Below, piece by piece: positions 49,761 through 58,725 of a stretch of DNA of 64,000 nt. A model generated the notes under the pieces. It searched no databases. It worked only from the letters and a program-made list of their open reading frames with translations, and was not told where the DNA came from. Position 1 is the first letter of the stretch; the number at the start of each line of letters is the position of its first letter. Source of the DNA: an uncultured bacterium (lineage in GTDB: Bacteria > Acidobacteriota > HRBIN11 > JAKEFK01); NCBI GenBank assembly GCA_963777505.1, contig CAVZQN010000003.1, positions 64,001-128,000 on the forward strand, written 5' to 3'. A program made the translations under genes and the position numbers.

Positions 49761-49807
49761 GCGGAGGAAGTCCGCGGTCCCCTATGCAGGCTGGAAGCCT
49801 GCGGTCC
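49761..49807. repeat. Family B REP-like tandem pair
   Basis: GCGGAGGAAGTCCGC-GGTCC; GCAGGCT-GGA-AGCCTGC-GGTCC. Confidence 0.8.
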
Positions 49808-49808
49808 C

Positions 49809-49928
49809 TTAGGTGGATTTTTTAACGGCATCGAGTGCCATTTGGGCTTCTTTCAACGATGGATCCATTTGAATGGCTCGTTCCAGGTCTTTTTAGCCTT
49901 TTGTATTGCCCCATAGTAGTCTCCTTTT
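49809..49928 (-). pseudogene. TPR-motif gene remnant
   Basis: KGDYYGAIQ / DLERAIQMDPSLKEAQMALDAVKKST*, interrupted within A runs. Confidence 0.4.
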
Positions 49929-49929
49929 C

Positions 49930-51576
49930 TTAAACGAGAAAAGCTTTTACTTTTGGCGCGTTCGAACCGTTGTTGGCGATCTTAACACTCGGAAGGAATT
50001 CCGGAGGACGGCGAACTTTCGTCGCCTGCTCAAAAGCATACGCAAGCTTGATCAAAGTTGGTTCACTGTAGGCTTGAGCAAAAAAGGAAATTCCGATCGG
50101 CAATCCTGAAACATAACCTGCAGGAACTGTGATGTGCGGATAGCCGGATACTGCAGATGCTGATGAATATCCGCCAATAAAGTGATCGCCATTTACATAA
50201 TCTGTAAGCCAGGCCGGACTTCCAGTTGGAGCAATCAGCGCATCGAGTTTATGCGTTTGGATCGTTAGATCGATTCCTTTCTCGCGCGCAAGCTCTTTGT
50301 TCTTCTTGACTGCATCCAGATATTCTTTGCTTGTGAGTGGCCCTTTCGCTTCGGATTTAATAAAAATATCTTGACCAAAGAAAGGCATTTCCTTGTCTCG
50401 ATTTTTTTCGTTGAAATCTATAGCTTCTTTCAGCGAATGAATCAGCGCTTCCGGGCCAAGATTTCCTAAATATGCATTCAGATTCGCTTTGAACTCGTAC
50501 AAAAGTACTTCAAGTTCTGTTTCATAAAAGTCACCAGGAATGTTCATATCCGCGGGGTCAACAATCACTGCGCCACGTTCTTTCATGACTTTGATCATGT
50601 CAGTCATCAGTTGATCGACATGTTCATTGAAGCCGAATGTTTTTCTGTTTACGCCAATTCGTGCGCCACGCAATCCGTCTTTATCTAGAAATTTCGTATA
50701 GTCCGAATGCATTTTGCCCTGGCTTTCATTCGTGATTTTATCGCGCGGATCGATTCCGGTTAGAGCCCCCAGAAGTATTGCAGCATCTGTGACGTTTCGT
50801 GTCATTGGGCCTGCGGTGTCTTGAGTATGCGCAATCGGAATGATTCCGGCGCGGCTCACTAAACCGAGTGTGGGTTTGATTCCAACAAGTGAGCAGTGCG
50901 TTGAAGGACAAACGATAGAGCCATCTGTTTCAGTTCCAATTGATCCGGCACACAGATTCGCTGCAGTAGCTGCTCCCGAACCGGAACTCGAACCGCAAGG
51001 ATTCCGATCCAAAGCATATGGATTTTTCGTTTGACCACCGCGTCCACTCCAGCCGCTGGTGGAACGGCTTGATCGAAAGTTGGCCCATTCACTCAAGTTC
51101 GTTTTGCCAAGAATGATGGCTCCAGCTTTTCGCAATCTTTCCGCAACAAATGCATCCTGCGCAGGTTTGGATCCAACTAACGCAAGTGAACCAGCAGTTG
51201 TCATCATCCGGTCTGCGGTGTCGATGTTGTCTTTGATCAAAATCGGAATGCCGTGAAGCGGACTTCGTGGTCCTTTTTCTTTCAGTTCGCGATCAAGAGC
51301 TTCAGCAATGTCCATCGCTTCCGGATTGATTTCAATAACAGAATTGATTGTGGGACCATGTTTATCAACCTGATCAATTCTTTTGATATACGCTTCAGTA
51401 AGCAATCGTGATGTGATCTTTCCGGATTTGAAACTACTTTGCAATTCAAGAATCGTTGCGTTTTCAAATTCAGATAAATCCAGTTCCGCAGTGAATGAAA
51501 AACTATTGAAGATGGGATGTGCAATTGATACGGCGCAAGCTGTTGCAGCCGTTTTCAAGAAATCTCTGCGCTTCAT
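49930..51576 (-). CDS. Tat-exported amidase-signature family amidase
   Basis: KRRDFLK; GGAGG SD; IKDNI; GSSSGSG; GTETDGSI. Confidence 0.94.
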   Translation of the reverse strand: MKRRDFLKTAATACAVSIAHPIFNSFSFTAELDLSEFENATILELQSSFKSGKITSRLLTEAYIKRIDQVDKHGPTINSVIEINPEAMDIAEALDRELKEKGPRSPLHGIPILIKDNIDTADRMMTTAGSLALVGSKPAQDAFVAERLRKAGAIILGKTNLSEWANFRSSRSTSGWSGRGGQTKNPYALDRNPCGSSSGSGAATAANLCAGSIGTETDGSIVCPSTHCSLVGIKPTLGLVSRAGIIPIAHTQDTAGPMTRNVTDAAILLGALTGIDPRDKITNESQGKMHSDYTKFLDKDGLRGARIGVNRKTFGFNEHVDQLMTDMIKVMKERGAVIVDPADMNIPGDFYETELEVLLYEFKANLNAYLGNLGPEALIHSLKEAIDFNEKNRDKEMPFFGQDIFIKSEAKGPLTSKEYLDAVKKNKELAREKGIDLTIQTHKLDALIAPTGSPAWLTDYVNGDHFIGGYSSASAVSGYPHITVPAGYVSGLPIGISFFAQAYSEPTLIKLAYAFEQATKVRRPPEFLPSVKIANNGSNAPKVKAFLV

Positions 51577-51600
51577 CAAAGACCTCCTGTCTGTTTTTAG

Positions 51601-51685
51601 TAGCTCAACCGCCAAGACGCAAAGACGCCAAGAATTAAATCAAAAAAATATAACTTGGCGCCTTGGCGTCTTGGCGGTTGAGCTA
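51601..51685. repeat. Family A full inverted pair
   Basis: TAGCTCAACCGCCAAGACGCAAAGACGCCAAG-N21-CTTGGCGCCTTGGCGTCTTGGCGGTTGAGCTA. Confidence 0.88.
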
Positions 51686-51725
51686 AAACAGGATGCTACT
51701 TTGCAAATGCGCAGAAGTCAAAGGA

Positions 51726-51768
51726 TTACCACAAAGGCACAAAGATAACTTCGTGCCTTTGCGGTTAA
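51726..51768. repeat. Family A compact inverted pair
   Basis: TTACCACAAAGGCACAAAG-ATAA-CTTCGTGCCTTTGCGGTTAA. Confidence 0.8.
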
Positions 51769-51776
51769 AGACAGTC

Positions 51777-52259
51777 TTAGGATTTTTGACTGAAGAATTC
51801 TTCAGCCCGTTTTTTTATTTCCTCATCTGTGACATCTTCTTTATGGGTAGCAATTGACCAATGATGACCGAATGGGTCAACAAGTTGACCATAACGATCA
51901 CCCCAAAAAGCATCCATTAAAGGCATCTTCACTGTTGCTCCGGCATCAACAGCCCTTTTAAAGGCCGCATCAGCGTCCTCAACATACACATGAACAACGA
52001 CAGGACTGGAAGCGCCAATCGACAATGGAGAAAGAGAATTCCATTGAGGATTTTCATCAACGAGCATTAACATCGAATCTCCGATCTTCATTTCAGCATG
52101 CATGACGCTCTTTCCATCCGGTCCATAATTGATGCGTCCACTCTCGGCGCCAAATGCTTTTTGATAGAAATCCATTGCTTTTTTCCCATCTCTAACAATC
52201 AGATGAGGCGTGAGCGTATTAAATCCTTTTGGTTTCGCTTGTACGTTTTTATTTGGCAT
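51777..52259 (-). CDS. VOC / PhnB-like glyoxalase family protein
   Basis: FYQKAFGA; MHAEMKIGDS; FWGDRYG...DPFGHHW. Confidence 0.92.
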   Translation of the reverse strand: MPNKNVQAKPKGFNTLTPHLIVRDGKKAMDFYQKAFGAESGRINYGPDGKSVMHAEMKIGDSMLMLVDENPQWNSLSPLSIGASSPVVVHVYVEDADAAFKRAVDAGATVKMPLMDAFWGDRYGQLVDPFGHHWSIATHKEDVTDEEIKKRAEEFFSQKS

Positions 52260-52306
52260 CAATGTTCTCCTTATTGATTAATAGTGCTTTGAAATACTAA
52301 TAATTC

Positions 52307-53089
52307 TCACAGAGCTTTGCCAAGGAGTTCATCAACTTTTTCGCGATATCTCCGGCTGATTGTGAGTTCTGTTGAGTTACGTAGAATGACGCGGAAATCT
52401 CCGTGAAACAGAGGTTGAAGCTCTTTGATTTGATCAATGTTAACGATGGCAGATTTGTGAATGCGAACAAACTTTTTCGGATCCAATTCGGATTCGAGAT
52501 TGTTCATCGCATCCCGTATCAAGTGTGACTCTTGTCCGGCATGAATCATGACGTATTTGCCCTGTGCTTCAATCCAATCGATTTCATCTGTTTTAAGAAA
52601 CGAAACTCTTCCTTTACTTTTGATGATCAATCGATCCAAATAATGTTGATGTACTTTTAGCTCTTTCAACAAAGCTACAAGTTCGCGATTACTTGAGCCT
52701 TCATGATCCTGGGAGACTTGAGCTTTTCCACGTTCGAGAGCTTCCTGAAATCGTTTTTTGTCGAAGGGTTTCAAAAGATAATCAAGAGCATGGACTTCAA
52801 AAGCCTGAATCGCATAGCGATCGAATGCAGTAACAAAAATTACGCGAGGCATGTTGGACGAATCCAATGATTGCAGCACCTCAAATCCATCCATTTCTGG
52901 CATTTGAATATCAAGAAATATCAAATCCGGATGAAGTGTCCGGATGCTTTCGACAGCATCTTCACCATCGTTACACACTTTTATTATTTCAATTTCAGGA
53001 TCCTCTTTTAGAAGACGTTCAATCCTGCGGCAGGCAATCGGTTCATCATCGATGATGCAAACCCGAATCAGTTGTTTTGTTTCAGTCAT
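52307..53089 (-). CDS. LytTR-family response regulator with canonical receiver
   Basis: IIDDEP; FLDIQMP; FVTAFD; YLLKP; FVRIHKSAIVN. Confidence 0.95.
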   Translation of the reverse strand: MTETKQLIRVCIIDDEPIACRRIERLLKEDPEIEIIKVCNDGEDAVESIRTLHPDLIFLDIQMPEMDGFEVLQSLDSSNMPRVIFVTAFDRYAIQAFEVHALDYLLKPFDKKRFQEALERGKAQVSQDHEGSSNRELVALLKELKVHQHYLDRLIIKSKGRVSFLKTDEIDWIEAQGKYVMIHAGQESHLIRDAMNNLESELDPKKFVRIHKSAIVNIDQIKELQPLFHGDFRVILRNSTELTISRRYREKVDELLGKAL

Positions 53090-53091
53090 TT

Positions 53092-55344
53092 TCAAGTTAC
53101 CTCATTGATGCAGGCGAGACGTGCATCCTTCGTCTGTGGTCCCTTGTGAACCGGAATTTCGAGTGTAACGCGTAGGCCACCTTCGGGCGCATTTACCATT
53201 TCGAATCGATAGTCATTTCCATACAACTGCATCAATCGTTCTCGCGTATTTGAAAGTCCTAAACCTGCACGTTCAGGGTTCATTCCTCTTTTCAATTTAG
53301 GCAATCCAGGGCCATTATCCTGAATACTGACTGTCAACATCCCATTATTTCTCCTGGCACTGATATCAATTTGGCCCGGTGTTTTTCGTGGCGCAATCCC
53401 ATGTCTGATTGCATTTTCAACAATAGGCTGTAAAACCAGGTTCGGAACAGATACTTTCATTGCCTGCGCATCTATATCCATTGTGACGCTAAGTCGATTC
53501 TGAAAACGCACACGTTCAATGGCAAGATAACAGTTCAAAAATTCAAGTTCCTTTTCAAATGGGATTTCATGCACTTGATTGCTGTTGACCGTCAGATGCA
53601 GAAAATGTTGAAGATTCTCAATCATTTCCTTGGCCGCGCTGGGATTCTCTTGCATCAATTCGGAAATTGAATTCAATGAATTGAACAAGAAATGTGGATG
53701 GAGTTGCATTTTTAACGCTTGCAGTCGCGCACGGCTCAGTTGAGCATTTAGCTTGGTGGTTCGTATTTTCTCTGCTTCAATTCGGCGGTGATATCGGAGA
53801 GAGTTTTCAACAGCAACGATTGTTAGATAACAAAGAATGTCGAATGCAAAAGGTGTCCGGGCAACATACACGGGCAATATTTCTAGAAAATCATAGTGTC
53901 CAAACTGGGCAGCTGAGAGTACCACGGCATAAGTGCCGGCTGCCAGGAATAAAACACAAATGAACCCAAGTAGATGGACCATCATATGTTTCCAGCGATG
54001 CTCTTGCTGAAGAGGGAATCTGGCAGAGAGTTTCAAAACAAGTGGAGTGAATAATGCCCAGATGTACCATCCGGTTGAAGCAACCATTTGTCCGGCCCAG
54101 TCGAAAGTCTTTCCTGCGCTGGCATCCCTGATTATGGCTTGAATCGCGAAATAAACAGCAAGGATTGTAAAAATTCCTGTAATCACAAGCCATCTTCGAA
54201 CGGTATTCGATGGTTCTGAATTAAACTCAACCGGCCGGATGCTTTCTTCTTGAGCTTGGTGTTGAACAACTTCATCAGATTTTCTTTTTTCAAGGACAAG
54301 AGGGATTTCGATCCGTGTCGTACTTTTTTCGGAAAGATTCGAGATACGAACAGCAATCGAAGTTTGATATAAGGCGTTAAGCCTTTCTAATAATTGATGG
54401 AGGCGAGGACTTTCAGAATCCGTGTAAAGGTCTGTAATTGTCAGCACAAGAGACGTTTCGGTTTTCGAACTTACGATAACCAAATGGAGCGGATCATTAT
54501 CACGTCTGCGGCGGATGGCATCTTCGATCGGTGCGTGCAAAATTAAGCTAGGTACGGTGCATTCCAGCGAATCGCGATCAAGATCAAATTTGATTTCAAC
54601 ACGGTTCGACAATCTGATGTTTTCAATTTCCAAATAGCATTTGAGAAGATCAACTTCTTCTCGTAGAGTTACTTCAGAATTTCCCGAATTTTCAAGCGTC
54701 ATCCGAAGATAATCACCCAGGCGGGCCACCATATCATCCGCTTCGTCAAGATTGCGGTTCATCAGGTTTGGAAGTTGATTCAAGTTTTTGAAAAGAAAAT
54801 CAGGATCGATTTGCATCTTCAACGATTCGATTTGCGATCGAATAATGCTGTCTTCAATTCGCGAAGAGTGAATTTCTGTTTCAACTGCGGTCCGATGATA
54901 GTTCAAGGCCAGGCAAACCGACAAAATCATTTGGTAGATCAGGAAGCGCCACATGAAGGAATTGACAAAGGACGCAGTCAGCATTTCGCTAACAGTTTTC
55001 AAATCACGTTCAGGATGAAATGCCCATTCAGTGAACAGGACGTAAATAATTCCATGGACTGATGCCAGCAATAATCCTGCGAGAAAATGAGCCAGCAGGC
55101 TTTTCAATCTTGATCCGGTATCGAATCGAAACCTAGCTGCGAGAGCCGCAATGATCGGAAACAATGCCGCCCATAGATACCACGTCGTAATTTGACGCAG
55201 AAGTTGATCCTTCCATTGAAACGTTACATTGGCAAAAGTCGAGGCAATGTAATACTGGACTACGAAGGCCAACGCGATGATCGTGGCCATTCCAACAACA
55301 CTCAACGCGTGTTTTTGTCGCATTTTTTGAACCTGGACATTCAT
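53092..55344 (-). CDS. LytS-type histidine kinase with two tandem membrane-sensor plus kinase modules; the first module is degenerate
   Basis: Module 2 has QLHPHFLFNSLN, VENAIRHG, DNGPG and GLGL. Module 1 has QIDPDFLFKNLN, IEDAIRR and DLYTD. Confidence 0.92.
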   Translation of the reverse strand: MNVQVQKMRQKHALSVVGMATIIALAFVVQYYIASTFANVTFQWKDQLLRQITTWYLWAALFPIIAALAARFRFDTGSRLKSLLAHFLAGLLLASVHGIIYVLFTEWAFHPERDLKTVSEMLTASFVNSFMWRFLIYQMILSVCLALNYHRTAVETEIHSSRIEDSIIRSQIESLKMQIDPDFLFKNLNQLPNLMNRNLDEADDMVARLGDYLRMTLENSGNSEVTLREEVDLLKCYLEIENIRLSNRVEIKFDLDRDSLECTVPSLILHAPIEDAIRRRRDNDPLHLVIVSSKTETSLVLTITDLYTDSESPRLHQLLERLNALYQTSIAVRISNLSEKSTTRIEIPLVLEKRKSDEVVQHQAQEESIRPVEFNSEPSNTVRRWLVITGIFTILAVYFAIQAIIRDASAGKTFDWAGQMVASTGWYIWALFTPLVLKLSARFPLQQEHRWKHMMVHLLGFICVLFLAAGTYAVVLSAAQFGHYDFLEILPVYVARTPFAFDILCYLTIVAVENSLRYHRRIEAEKIRTTKLNAQLSRARLQALKMQLHPHFLFNSLNSISELMQENPSAAKEMIENLQHFLHLTVNSNQVHEIPFEKELEFLNCYLAIERVRFQNRLSVTMDIDAQAMKVSVPNLVLQPIVENAIRHGIAPRKTPGQIDISARRNNGMLTVSIQDNGPGLPKLKRGMNPERAGLGLSNTRERLMQLYGNDYRFEMVNAPEGGLRVTLEIPVHKGPQTKDARLACINEVT

Positions 55345-55430
55345 GCTGTAATTTTATATTCGCTATAAACGCACCCAATTACAAACGGAATAAGGCGGAT
55401 ATTATCTGGCTTAATGTGGAGATTTTTGTG

Positions 55431-55505
55431 CAGAAAATCAGGGGCGGTGATCAGGCCGCCCCACCATGGAGGAGCAATGCAGGGGCACAAGACTCTGTGC
55501 CCCTG
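55431..55505 (-). terminator. Two GC hairpins downstream of the TonB receptor (terminator or REP-like)
   Basis: CAGGGGCACA-N6-TGTGCCCCTG; GGGGCGG-N8-CCGCCCC-TGATTTTCT. Confidence 0.6.
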
Positions 55506-55514
55506 TATGTACTC

Positions 55515-58442
55515 TTAAAAACTGTATCGAACTCCCAAGCGCAAAGCCCTGGGTGAAATCAATTCATCGATTCGATTGAACGAAGCGGAGGATACGTTTC
55601 GGAGTCGTCGAACAACCGCATTCGTATTCGTTACATTAAACAGATTTGCGGACACGGCAAGACGACCATAATTCGCGAAATCGAAGCCTTTTTCAAACTG
55701 TAGATCCAGTGTAAAAATGTCATCGAATCGCCGGTCGCCAAATGGCTCAACAAGGATCAGGTGATTTGTAGTGCCCAAAGAGGAAGCCAGTGAATCATCA
55801 CGGATCGTTGCAAGCAGAACGTAAGGATAGCCCTGCTGATAACGGCCAAAAGCGCCAACAGAAAAATCCCATGGCAACTGATAAACACCGCTCATCTTGA
55901 ATTGCCATTCTGAATAAGGATAAACACCCGCTTTTCCGCTTCCACCGGGAGCAAAAGCATAGGGATGACCATCAAGAAATGGCAAGTTTGTTGGATCGAA
56001 TGGAAATACCTGACCGCTCAAGCCGCCATCACCAATGTAGAACGAAAGTGAATCACCACCATCATAGTTAGCTTTTTGTTTCTGCAGGGTTAAGCCAGCA
56101 TTCACCATGAAGTTGTTGCTCATCCGTTTGCGAGCGGTGATATCAATCCCGTCATATTTAGTTTTGTAATCATTCGCATTCGTCAAGATCTGATCGCCAT
56201 CATCAACACCGCCGTAAACGAAATACGGAACGTTGAAATTTCCCAGAGCTGTATTTGCAGTAAACGTACCACCAGGGACAAAGTCAGCTTCTGATATTCC
56301 GAAAGGTACGATCACAGTGTTATCACGGTAGTCGCGATGAGTGTAAGTGGCACTGACTGATAGATCTTGCATGAGTTGGCGTTCGAACCCAACGATGTAT
56401 TCCCAGGAACTTGAATTCCTGAGATCCTCATCGATCTTCCTGCTATCTTCAAATGCAGCCAGATCAAATGTTGGCCCATTCAATCCGCCAAAATAAGAAG
56501 GTGGTCCGGTAATTTCATCCGGAGTAATAACACGATCACCGTTGCTGTTTTCGAATGGCAGAATCGCACCGTTGTAAACGAAGGTGGGATTCTGATACGA
56601 AATGAATGCGTTATTCAACGCATCGTAATATCGTGCGAAATTTCCACGAACGATGGTCTTTCCATCTCCGGTGAAATCGTACGTCACGCCAAGACGCGGC
56701 GAAATGTCATTGAATGAAATTCCGGGATCATTGCCCGGATATTCCAGCTGACCAACAAGCGATTCGAAACCCGGTACTCCCGGAATTGATGAAGCTAGAT
56801 TTTTTCCGGTTTGATGATCAAAGCGGAATCCAAGATTTAGAGTCAGCCTGTTTCGGCGATATGTATCTGTCGCGTAAAAACTAGCACGATCTAAATCAAC
56901 TCTTCCATCAATCCAATGCTGGGCATAAAGGATCCCTGAAGTCAGTGGCCCTTGTGGCGTAGTTTGGTTGTAGTCAACAATGAACACACCATTTCCATAC
57001 GAACTGAAGGTGTGAAGATTTGCTGATTTGTATTCGAATCCGAACTTAAATTCATGATCGCCACCCATTACGTTTTCGCTGAAGTAATTTCCATCAACAA
57101 CGAAATCATGCGCAGGGCGATCAATGGGGGCCGTGTAAAACAGAGTGTCTTCGTAGCGTGGAATGGCGGCCAGGTAGATCATCGGTATATCTTTTCCACC
57201 ATTCGGTTTTAATGTGAATCCGAGACCGACGTATCCGTAACGTCCGGTGACAATCATTTGATCGCTGGGGATCCAGGTATGTTGTGCTGTCCAGATGCCT
57301 GGAAGGATCGTATCGGTACCGGCTTGTTCCCAAAGTGTTTCCGGAGCTTGCAGCGCAATCGAAATTCCTGCTCTTCCGGATTTCGTTTTTTCGCCTTGGA
57401 AGTATCCGAATTGCGATTCATGAGCAGGAGACCAACTCGCGTTTGCTTTAAAGTTGAAATCTTCGAGTTCAGTGAGATCAGCAGTATTCGCTGTTGTAAT
57501 CAAACCAATATCGTTTTTGCGATACGCACCCCAAACAAAGAATTTGTCTTTTATGATCGGTCCGCCGATATCAAAACCATAGTCTTTAACTTCATCGAGC
57601 CGGTTTGATTGAGCTCCGATCGATGCGAGTTCATCAGGTGTGTTATCGCCTTGAAGACTATCACCGGCGTAAAAATAGGAAGCACTTCCTTCCCATCGAT
57701 TACCACCACGTTTTGTGACAATGTTAACGATCACACCACCGGTCGGTGCGGACGCATCATTTCCACCGGTAGAAATTTGCAGTTCTTCAAATGCATCGAA
57801 ATCAAAATAGGTTGGTGATGCACCCATAGCTCCTGGGTCGGTTGCATTCACACCATCGTAATTGAAGATTGTATTGTCATCGTTTCCGCCTCGCGCAATA
57901 AACGATGCTTGCTGTCCAGACTCAGAACCTGCGACATTGTAACGATCTGAATCAACACCAGTAGTTTGATCGATGATGGTCCATGGGTCGCGAGCACTGG
58001 GAACATCTTCCAAATAATCACGACTGTACGTATCGGATGTGCCTGTTTTTTTGGTATCGACAACAGGTGTTTCGCCGATTACTGTAAATTCCTCAGCGAG
58101 CGACGGCCGCAATGTAATTTCAAGCTGAACCTGCGAGCCAGTGCTGATGCGTACTTCTTCCTGACGTACTTCCGTAAATCCTTCGATTGAAAAATTCACA
58201 GAATAAACTCCAGGAGGCAGATTCGCAAAGCGGAAACCGCCAGAAGCACCAGACGTTGCAGTCTGTGTAGGAATTTCATTTGATTCAAGCGTAATCAGTA
58301 CGCCAGGTAGTGGACTGCCTTTATCATCTACAGCTTTACCGTAGACGGAACCCGTCTTCATTGAAACTTGTGCGAAGAGGGGATAGGCAATTGCAGAAGC
58401 AAAGAGAACCACTACCATTAGTATGAACGATTTAGTTTTCAT
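55515..58442 (-). CDS. TonB-dependent receptor, Oar-like, with N-terminal carboxypeptidase-regulatory-like domain
   Basis: Signal peptide; G...D..G.PLPGV...F..LPPG.Y; GGVIVNIVTKRG plug motif; C-terminal PRALRLGVRYSF. Confidence 0.93.
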   Translation of the reverse strand: MKTKSFILMVVVLFASAIAYPLFAQVSMKTGSVYGKAVDDKGSPLPGVLITLESNEIPTQTATSGASGGFRFANLPPGVYSVNFSIEGFTEVRQEEVRISTGSQVQLEITLRPSLAEEFTVIGETPVVDTKKTGTSDTYSRDYLEDVPSARDPWTIIDQTTGVDSDRYNVAGSESGQQASFIARGGNDDNTIFNYDGVNATDPGAMGASPTYFDFDAFEELQISTGGNDASAPTGGVIVNIVTKRGGNRWEGSASYFYAGDSLQGDNTPDELASIGAQSNRLDEVKDYGFDIGGPIIKDKFFVWGAYRKNDIGLITTANTADLTELEDFNFKANASWSPAHESQFGYFQGEKTKSGRAGISIALQAPETLWEQAGTDTILPGIWTAQHTWIPSDQMIVTGRYGYVGLGFTLKPNGGKDIPMIYLAAIPRYEDTLFYTAPIDRPAHDFVVDGNYFSENVMGGDHEFKFGFEYKSANLHTFSSYGNGVFIVDYNQTTPQGPLTSGILYAQHWIDGRVDLDRASFYATDTYRRNRLTLNLGFRFDHQTGKNLASSIPGVPGFESLVGQLEYPGNDPGISFNDISPRLGVTYDFTGDGKTIVRGNFARYYDALNNAFISYQNPTFVYNGAILPFENSNGDRVITPDEITGPPSYFGGLNGPTFDLAAFEDSRKIDEDLRNSSSWEYIVGFERQLMQDLSVSATYTHRDYRDNTVIVPFGISEADFVPGGTFTANTALGNFNVPYFVYGGVDDGDQILTNANDYKTKYDGIDITARKRMSNNFMVNAGLTLQKQKANYDGGDSLSFYIGDGGLSGQVFPFDPTNLPFLDGHPYAFAPGGSGKAGVYPYSEWQFKMSGVYQLPWDFSVGAFGRYQQGYPYVLLATIRDDSLASSLGTTNHLILVEPFGDRRFDDIFTLDLQFEKGFDFANYGRLAVSANLFNVTNTNAVVRRLRNVSSASFNRIDELISPRALRLGVRYSF

Positions 58443-58482
58443 AGCTTCTCCATTTGGTTAGGTTATTGTTCAAAGAACCTTG

Positions 58483-58499
58483 AGCAAGCCCCATGCCAG
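58483..58499 (-). promoter_or_regulatory. Putative sigma54 promoter of the TonB receptor
   Basis: CTGGCATGGGGCTTGCT = GG-N10-GC, 40 nt before the ATG. Confidence 0.7.
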
Positions 58500-58670
58500 T
58501 GAATCAATCGACGGAGAAATGAATCAGCCACGCGATGAAAATCAAACTTTTGTTCCGTGTAAGTGCGCTTGCCTTTCTTGATAACGAACAATTCGTTCCT
58601 CGAAATGCATCAATCGTGGAATTTTCCGAATCGCACAGGCCAAGAACTGAAAGTTGAATGGCGATTAGCT

Positions 58671-58725
58671 TTTTTGTGTTTCTTTGTGGCTGTGTGGTAA
58701 AAGGATTTACCGCAGAGTCGCCGAG
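58671..58725. repeat. Family A back-to-back arms; one supplies the last codons and stop of the LytTR gene
   Basis: TTTGTGTTTCTTTGTGGCTGTGTGGTAAAA; TTTACCGCAGAGTCGCCGAG (encodes SATLR* on the minus strand). Confidence 0.65.
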
